Part shown: positions 58,627-64,000 of the stretch, in pieces
How the letters are laid out: every line of letters begins with the position of its first letter
Position numbering within the stretch: the first letter of the stretch is position 1
Origin: an uncultured virus (IMG/VR IMGVR_UViG_3300021185_004515)
Lineage: Duplodnaviria > Heunggongvirae > Uroviricota > Caudoviricetes
Reading direction: 5' to 3' (one strand)
DNA: 64,000 nucleotides
IMG/VR virus record: IMGVR_UViG_3300021185_004515
Program-made: the position numbers and the translations under genes
Notes under the pieces: generated by a model
Databases searched by the model: none
Told to the model about the DNA's origin: nothing
Seen by the model: only the letters and a program-made list of their open reading frames with translations

Positions 58627-59931
58627 TTATTTTCTCATAAACCATGCTGCTCCGCCTGTGAAAACGGCCAATCCAAAGAAAGGCCACCACAAATTTGTGG
58701 TGATGGGTTCACTAACGGCATTGGTTTGGGAGTAGGTAACGACACGGGTGTCGGTAGTTTCAGAAGTTCCTCCATTTTCGGTGGAATCGTAAGTGCAACT
58801 TCCATCGTCGGAATTGGCGGCAGAATTGTAATTGTTTGCCGTAGAGTCTGTGCATCCAGAAACTGTGGCAGGAGGTGGTGTCTCAGATGGTCCTGTAACC
58901 GAAGTAATTACGAAAGCATCATTATAGGGGCCTTCGGTCTTCATAAGTGGTCCGACATACGGGGCGGAATTGGTGGCTGACCATGCCAAATCGTTGGTGG
59001 TTCCTGAAACTGTGAATCCTTGACGGGGAGTTATCTTGAAATATACTACTTCTCCTGAATAATTGGAACTCAGGTATTCGGCATCTACTCCTTGAAGATT
59101 GAATTTTTGGGTGCGAACTCCTTTCTCAGTAAATAATCCTGTGCCACACTTGACCAAATAATCTTTATTGCCACTTAACACCTCTCCGAATCGGGGTGTG
59201 CTGAACGAAAGAGGCAACAAATAATCTGTGGTGGTAATTACTACACAAGAACCATCATCAAAATTAGCCGAAGAATTGTAATTATCTGCTTGAGAACAGG
59301 TGCAACCCTCTACCAAGGGAATACATGAACCATCATCAGTGTTGGCGATGCTGTCAAAGTTCAAAGCAGCGGCATCGGTGCATCCTCGGTAGATACAATT
59401 TCCTGCGGAATTAGCATTAGAGTCATAATTGTCTGCGAGAGAATCCATACATCCGACTATATTTACGGTAGCATTGGTGATTTTCAAGTAATAATATTGA
59501 CTTGGTGCTACGGTAAATGTGGTGGAGCCTGACCAAGCCTGAGCGGAAATTGCATCTCCATCTCTGACTCCTTGAGGACTAAAACCCCATCCTGAAACAG
59601 AGGAAATATTGTCTTTGAATGCTACGGTAACTTGAACTGCCTTGGTTTCTTTGTTGCGAATAGAAACAAATGATTTGTGTCCATCATAAAATAATCCATA
59701 TCCGAAACTGCCACTTCCTGATTTAACTTCGGGCTCCCAAGATTCTGAGGCTCCTGCCCAAGTTGCAGAGACTACTAAATAATCTGCGATGTCAGAGGGA
59801 AGTTCTTCTGGGTGGTCGGTCCGATAACTATTTTTCCAAACCGTAGGTAGTGCAGAGGTAGCCCTCAATACCACTGACTCAGCATTGTAAATACCTGTCC
59901 AATAATTATCTACTGCGGTAATTCCCAACAT
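58627..59931 (-). CDS. Tail-anchored surface protein with GCxDxxAxNY...DDGSC repeats
   Basis: Four Cys repeats; YNAE after short N-peptide; C-terminal TM. Confidence 0.8.
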   Translation of the reverse strand: MLGITAVDNYWTGIYNAESVVLRATSALPTVWKNSYRTDHPEELPSDIADYLVVSATWAGASESWEPEVKSGSGSFGYGLFYDGHKSFVSIRNKETKAVQVTVAFKDNISSVSGWGFSPQGVRDGDAISAQAWSGSTTFTVAPSQYYYLKITNATVNIVGCMDSLADNYDSNANSAGNCIYRGCTDAAALNFDSIANTDDGSCIPLVEGCTCSQADNYNSSANFDDGSCVVITTTDYLLPLSFSTPRFGEVLSGNKDYLVKCGTGLFTEKGVRTQKFNLQGVDAEYLSSNYSGEVVYFKITPRQGFTVSGTTNDLAWSATNSAPYVGPLMKTEGPYNDAFVITSVTGPSETPPPATVSGCTDSTANNYNSAANSDDGSCTYDSTENGGTSETTDTRVVTYSQTNAVSEPITTNLWWPFFGLAVFTGGAAWFMRK

Positions 59932-59932
59932 A

Positions 59933-60370
59933 TTATTGCCTCTGGTTGTATTGTAGTGATAGGATTAGAATCATACCGATAGTTACTACACCCAGAATTT
60001 TCTGAGTTGGTATTTCATTGGCTGGCTTGATATTTGAACTTTGCGATGAAATGTTGTTGGATTTAACTTGAGTAACACAAGCGCAATCCTGAGATTTACA
60101 ATCATGGCCGCCGCCAACGAACACCGAGTCGGCATCTGAACAACTAACATGGGATTCGGGACAAATTAAACTTTTTTGTCGGTTAAACTCGGCTTCATCT
60201 AATCCTCGGTCAGACCAAAGTTTCTTAAAATCCGAATAACTGGCACTGGAAAATTTCTGACCTGATTCATTATACATTCGGGACACAATAAATTCATGAT
60301 ATGTCAAACTGCAATCAACAAGGGCTTGTAATCTGCCTGAAGTATAAGTGTGGTCTAAATCAAACTTCAT
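59933..60370 (-). CDS. Tail-anchored Cys-containing protein
   Basis: MKFDLDH start after GGTGA SD; C-terminal TM. Confidence 0.65.
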   Translation of the reverse strand: MKFDLDHTYTSGRLQALVDCSLTYHEFIVSRMYNESGQKFSSASYSDFKKLWSDRGLDEAEFNRQKSLICPESHVSCSDADSVFVGGGHDCKSQDCACVTQVKSNNISSQSSNIKPANEIPTQKILGVVTIGMILILSLQYNQRQ

Positions 60371-60807
60371 TGTATCACCCGTGGAGTTTTTTGACCGTAA
60401 TTGATGATGAATTCGTAGGCATAAATGGATTGGTATTCCCAATAATCTACCCACATTTTGTGTGCTTCGGGTGTCATAGGAAGGTATGTCCAATATACAT
60501 TATCATCAACAGAATATTTTTCAGAGTTAGGGCCTCCTCTGTTTGAACAATACTGCAATATATCATTAGTTTGTAACCAAGCACTCGCTTGTTCTATAAG
60601 CATTGATTCCTCTTCATCAGTAATGGGCAAACTAATATCGCCCAAATCTGCTGTTCTCTGGACATGGAAGAAAAATGGTAATTCTTGTCGGTCAGGCCAA
60701 TCTTCATAGGCTTCTTCCTGAATAAATCCTCCTACTCCAGAGAGGTTGATTCGGTAATTTGGAGGGAACTTTTTCATCCACTCAGGCAATAAATTGTAAT
60801 TATTCAT
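60367..60807 (-). CDS. Hypothetical protein
   Basis: Overlapping stop/start in operon. Confidence 0.65.
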   Translation of the reverse strand: MNNYNLLPEWMKKFPPNYRINLSGVGGFIQEEAYEDWPDRQELPFFFHVQRTADLGDISLPITDEEESMLIEQASAWLQTNDILQYCSNRGGPNSEKYSVDDNVYWTYLPMTPEAHKMWVDYWEYQSIYAYEFIINYGQKTPRVIQ

Positions 60808-61951
60808 CGTTAATCCCCCTATTCTTGGCCGAGATAGCGGTAGAAACTACGATTCCTACCGCAGTTAAGCCCACAATTCCTGCCACTAAACCTGTTGCGG
60901 TGAAAGATTTTTCGGGGGTGGGGTCTGGGGAGGGGGTTGTTTTTGCTTGCTTATCCTTGACACACTTGCCAAAAGTTCCAAGTATTCCTCGTTTATACCC
61001 TGCCTTGCACACACATTTACCTGCTTCTGGGTCATATTCTGAATGTGTATCGCTGTCGTAGCAATACTCACAGGGATTATCTGGGTCTTCTGCGACTGAG
61101 CCTTCCACATAATTTTGTGCCGTGGAATCCTTACATCCGATTTGTTGGAATCCTGTGGCTGTGGTGATGCGGTATTTTTTCCATGTTGTAGGAATTAGTG
61201 ATGGTTTTACAATGTATTCTTGAGTGGTAAGTCCTGTGGCTCTGTATCCTGCTTTCGCTATCCGTCCCTCATTATCTGACTTATCTGGTTGTGGAATATC
61301 TGACTTTCCTGCTTTTTCTTCCCATTCCCACTTGTGAAGAATTTTGGCATAGGGTGGGTTGGTATCGTATTCATTAGTGGGTTGTCCTTTGTAAGTCCAT
61401 TGTTCTACAATATATCCGCCTTCGGTATAGGTTGGGGCATAGATACAGGAACAATCTCCTTGAGTTTCTGCTACTGTTTGTAGGATTGGTGTTTCGTTCC
61501 AACTCTTGTTGAACTCCCAAACAGGGTTGCTGGTTTTGCAGGGACATCTTGAACTGGGCGATACGGGAGAATAATTGATGGCACTGGAGTCTCCACAGCC
61601 GTCTTCTACTCGGAAGTCATTCATCTTTTCTATGTAGTCTGCTCGGGCGGAATTGGCCTCAGATGTGGTGCTATACTCTCCAATTTTTCGGGCTGTATTA
61701 GAATCTATGGGGTTTCTACCGTCGGTGGTAGAACTGACACGGTATTTGATGGCTTGAGTATCAATCGTGGTAATTTTCATCACATAGATTGTTTCATCGT
61801 GAACTGAATTGCAAGCCAGAGATAGGTTGTCTATAACATCGTATTTGGTATTGCCGCTGGTGAATGTTTCCACACGCTTTTCTATTGTTTCAGCATTACG
61901 AGCCGTCTGAGCAAAATTAAGTTCGTAGGGATTGGATAATATGGTTCCCAT
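60800..61951 (-). CDS. Tail-anchored Cys-rich surface protein
   Basis: GCGDSSAINY, GCKDSTAQNY, EGF-like CVCKAGY; RNAE; C-terminal TM. Confidence 0.78.
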   Translation of the reverse strand: MGTILSNPYELNFAQTARNAETIEKRVETFTSGNTKYDVIDNLSLACNSVHDETIYVMKITTIDTQAIKYRVSSTTDGRNPIDSNTARKIGEYSTTSEANSARADYIEKMNDFRVEDGCGDSSAINYSPVSPSSRCPCKTSNPVWEFNKSWNETPILQTVAETQGDCSCIYAPTYTEGGYIVEQWTYKGQPTNEYDTNPPYAKILHKWEWEEKAGKSDIPQPDKSDNEGRIAKAGYRATGLTTQEYIVKPSLIPTTWKKYRITTATGFQQIGCKDSTAQNYVEGSVAEDPDNPCEYCYDSDTHSEYDPEAGKCVCKAGYKRGILGTFGKCVKDKQAKTTPSPDPTPEKSFTATGLVAGIVGLTAVGIVVSTAISAKNRGINDE

Positions 61952-62961
61952 TAAATTTTCCCTCCATAGATTGTGGCTCCTGCGGTAATCAAGACAATTG
62001 CTAATCCTGCGGCTACAAATCCGCCTGAGTTAGTGGTGGGTGTGGATTCATCATCGTCAGTGGTATTCTGGCAGTGGGTGTTGTCCCAATAGTGTGCGTC
62101 AGCGTTGTATTTAGAATTAGATTCATCGGTGCATGATGCGGTAAATGTTGGTGATTTCAACCACCACATTAGTTCGCCTGTGCCACCTGTTTGTTGATGA
62201 TATTTAGTGGCTTCTGCGATAGCCCATGAAAAATACTTAACAAAAATTTCTGTTCCGACATATCCTTGTGAGATACATTCTGATTCTGAAAACTGTGACT
62301 CATTGGCATCCACATAAAATATACATGGCATAGAAACTTTCCATTCTTGCTGGTCTGGTTCTATGACCGCTACTCCTTTCTTGAGAGCATCTGCTGACGA
62401 TGATACATCTAATCCAGCAGGTAGATTGGTGAGGTGTCCTTGTGAGTCCACTCTCCATCCTGAAGGCAAAGTGTGTGGTTGGTGTCCTTGATAGATGGTT
62501 AAATCGTATAATTTGTCTGAATTATCTATGACTTCATACGATTCTTCCCAAGTTTCCTTGCAAAACAATTTAGCATCCCGATATTCTTTGGGCTGGTCGT
62601 TGTAAAACAACTCTCCTGTGTAGGATTGAGAATTGGCTCCTGCACAAGTTCCTGTGGTGATAATGATGTTGTCAGGGTGTTCCCACCATTGGTCGTGAGT
62701 GTTTGATTGTCGTTGGAAGATAGCGGGTCGCTCAGATTCGGCGGCAAATGGGTTCTGATTTGGTCCTGCTATTTTAACCAAAGTTTGAGGTGGTATGCCG
62801 TTGCTAAATTTGGTCTGTGCCTGAACTGAACCATCTGGATTTTGAGTGAGAACATATCCGTCTGCCCAAGCAGCCAAAGATTTGGTTTCTCCTGAGTCCC
62901 GTGATTGCCACATATTTTGTGGCGGTAATGGAACACTATTGAAGGCCGAGCCTAACCACAT
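61951..62961 (-). CDS. Tail-anchored protein
   Basis: FAAE; SCTDESNSKYN repeat variant; C-terminal TM; TATA at 62984. Confidence 0.78.
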   Translation of the reverse strand: MWLGSAFNSVPLPPQNMWQSRDSGETKSLAAWADGYVLTQNPDGSVQAQTKFSNGIPPQTLVKIAGPNQNPFAAESERPAIFQRQSNTHDQWWEHPDNIIITTGTCAGANSQSYTGELFYNDQPKEYRDAKLFCKETWEESYEVIDNSDKLYDLTIYQGHQPHTLPSGWRVDSQGHLTNLPAGLDVSSSADALKKGVAVIEPDQQEWKVSMPCIFYVDANESQFSESECISQGYVGTEIFVKYFSWAIAEATKYHQQTGGTGELMWWLKSPTFTASCTDESNSKYNADAHYWDNTHCQNTTDDDESTPTTNSGGFVAAGLAIVLITAGATIYGGKI

Positions 62962-63009
62962 AGCGTTTTATTGTGGCTTTCGCTATTTAAGTTTGGCGTT
63001 ATCTGTAAA

Positions 63010-63258
63010 TCACTCAAGAGGGTTATCAATTCCCATCTCGCCAAGAGTCCATCTAAGGGTCTTAATGACACCTTCTAATGCCTTCTTATTCCTGGCGGCT
63101 TCCTTCATACCATCCTTGTCTTTATGGCTCTTAGAATGATGGTAAAATAGTATCCACTGATTCATCTTGGTTTCAGCCTTGACTAACATGGCTTCTATCT
63201 CATCCCAAGACCGATTATAGGTCCGATGGACTGAATCTTGGTGGTCACTCATAGTCAT
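63010..63258 (-). CDS. Small helical hypothetical protein
   Basis: TATA at 63281. Confidence 0.7.
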   Translation of the reverse strand: MTMSDHQDSVHRTYNRSWDEIEAMLVKAETKMNQWILFYHHSKSHKDKDGMKEAARNKKALEGVIKTLRWTLGEMGIDNPLE

Positions 63259-63296
63259 AATGTGTGGGGCTCTCTTTACCTATTTAAATTTTTTGG

Positions 63297-63428
63297 TTAA
63301 GGGAATTCATCAAACATTACTGCGAACGGCCAAATGGCTACAAATAGTATGAAGCGCACAGGATTTACAATCAACTTTCGGAGAAAACCAAATGTCCGAC
63401 TCAAGAATGAACTTTCATTGTCGGCCAT
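63297..63428 (-). CDS. 43-aa hydrophobic peptide (not in ORF track)
   Basis: MADNESSFLSRTFGFLRKLIVNPVRFILFVAIWPFAVMFDEFP fills the gap. Confidence 0.45.
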   Translation of the reverse strand: MADNESSFLSRTFGFLRKLIVNPVRFILFVAIWPFAVMFDEFP

Positions 63429-63447
63429 TGGCAATCAATCCTGGTAA

Positions 63448-63999
63448 TCAGACTTCTAAGGCATCAAGAATGCCGTCATCGTCGTCATCTGCGTCCAGAT
63501 TATCTGCGACACCATCGTTGTCATGGTCAAATTGACCAGTCATATCGTTGCCGTCGTTGTTTTCAAACCAATCGGAAAGTCCGTCGTTGTCATCGTCCAA
63601 ATCAGAAGCATCCCAAATACCATCGTTGTCGTGGTCGTAACGATAAGCGGAGAATGCACCACCGACTTCATCAACATCAAGAATGTCGTCGTTGTCGTCG
63701 TCAGTATCTACACCATCATTAAGTCCATCATTGTCGTGGTCACGAGAAGCATCAGAGCCGTTGTCGTAAATGTCCTTGTAGTTGTCAATTCCGTCGTTGT
63801 CAATATCTAAATCAACATTATCGGGGATGTTGTCGTTGTCGTGGTCGTAAATGTCGGTATTGTCATTACCGTCATTGACTTCTTCGTTGTCGTTTAGACC
63901 GTCGCCATCGTCATCATCGTCTTCTGAATCAACAATTCCATCGTTGTCGTGGTCCATCGGTGAATCATCCATAGAATCTGGGATTCCATCGTTGTCGTC
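63448..63999 (-). CDS. Thrombospondin type-3-like DxDxDG Ca-binding repeat protein (partial, starts beyond window)
   Basis: Repeated DHDNDG...D.DDD.DG units; frame open to the window edge. Confidence 0.85.
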   Translation of the reverse strand, partial: DDNDGIPDSMDDSPMDHDNDGIVDSEDDDDDGDGLNDNEEVNDGNDNTDIYDHDNDNIPDNVDLDIDNDGIDNYKDIYDNGSDASRDHDNDGLNDGVDTDDDNDDILDVDEVGGAFSAYRYDHDNDGIWDASDLDDDNDGLSDWFENNDGNDMTGQFDHDNDGVADNLDADDDDDGILDALEV

Positions 64000-64000
64000 G

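Larger units (their letters stand above)
1..64000 (-). mobile_element. Segment of a large archaeal virus genome (probably tailless, membrane-containing)
   Basis: All genes co-oriented; no ribosomal or metabolic genes; archaeal TATA promoters; candidate capsid proteins, HerA/FtsK ATPase, viral-type ligase, many small membrane proteins. Confidence 0.8.

Noticed and set aside
329..63810. Plus-strand ORFs in the six-frame track
   Set aside because: All are antisense shadows of longer minus-strand genes, with no promoters or recognisable motifs
1..64000. Head-tail (magrovirus-like) virus or ordinary cellular chromosome
   Set aside because: No terminase, portal, HK97 capsid or tail genes and no housekeeping genes in 64 kb; cannot be excluded for sequence outside the window
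1..64000. tRNA, rRNA, integrase or transposase genes
   Set aside because: None recognised; intergenic gaps are mostly too short

Overview
All credible genes (about 75) lie on the minus strand and there are no cellular housekeeping genes. The window reads as a large segment (>64 kb genome) of an archaeal virus; a marine Thermoplasmatota/Poseidoniales host is a guess. About 35 archaeal TATA boxes (TTAAATAG type) were found, most exactly 22 nt upstream of an ATG (leaderless mRNAs), while operon-internal genes use GGTGA-type Shine-Dalgarno sites. Recognisable enzymes are an ATP-dependent DNA ligase (partial), a CDC48/PAN-like AAA+ ATPase, two GT2 glycosyltransferases, a membrane-anchored HerA/FtsK ATPase, a giant MoxR-type AAA+ with a HExxH peptidase and two vWA proteins, a small AEP-like protein and an ArsA/GET3 ATPase. 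Two tandem paralogous beta-rich proteins (plus a third distant paralogue) look like single jelly-roll capsid proteins, suggesting an unusually large tailless, membrane-containing virus. The most striking unexplained pattern is a set of about 25 mostly membrane-anchored proteins built from small modules separated by a recurring [F/Y/L/M/K]-x-[A/S]-E motif. The modules include WGR, DVNP-like, Cren7-like, DUF6582-like, zinc-finger and basic-repeat units. I interpret them as protease-processed virion polyproteins, with the viral GET3-like ATPase a candidate insertase for their tail anchors. Family assignments come from motif recognition by eye, not database searches. Several starts were corrected from the ORF track using promoter/SD spacing.
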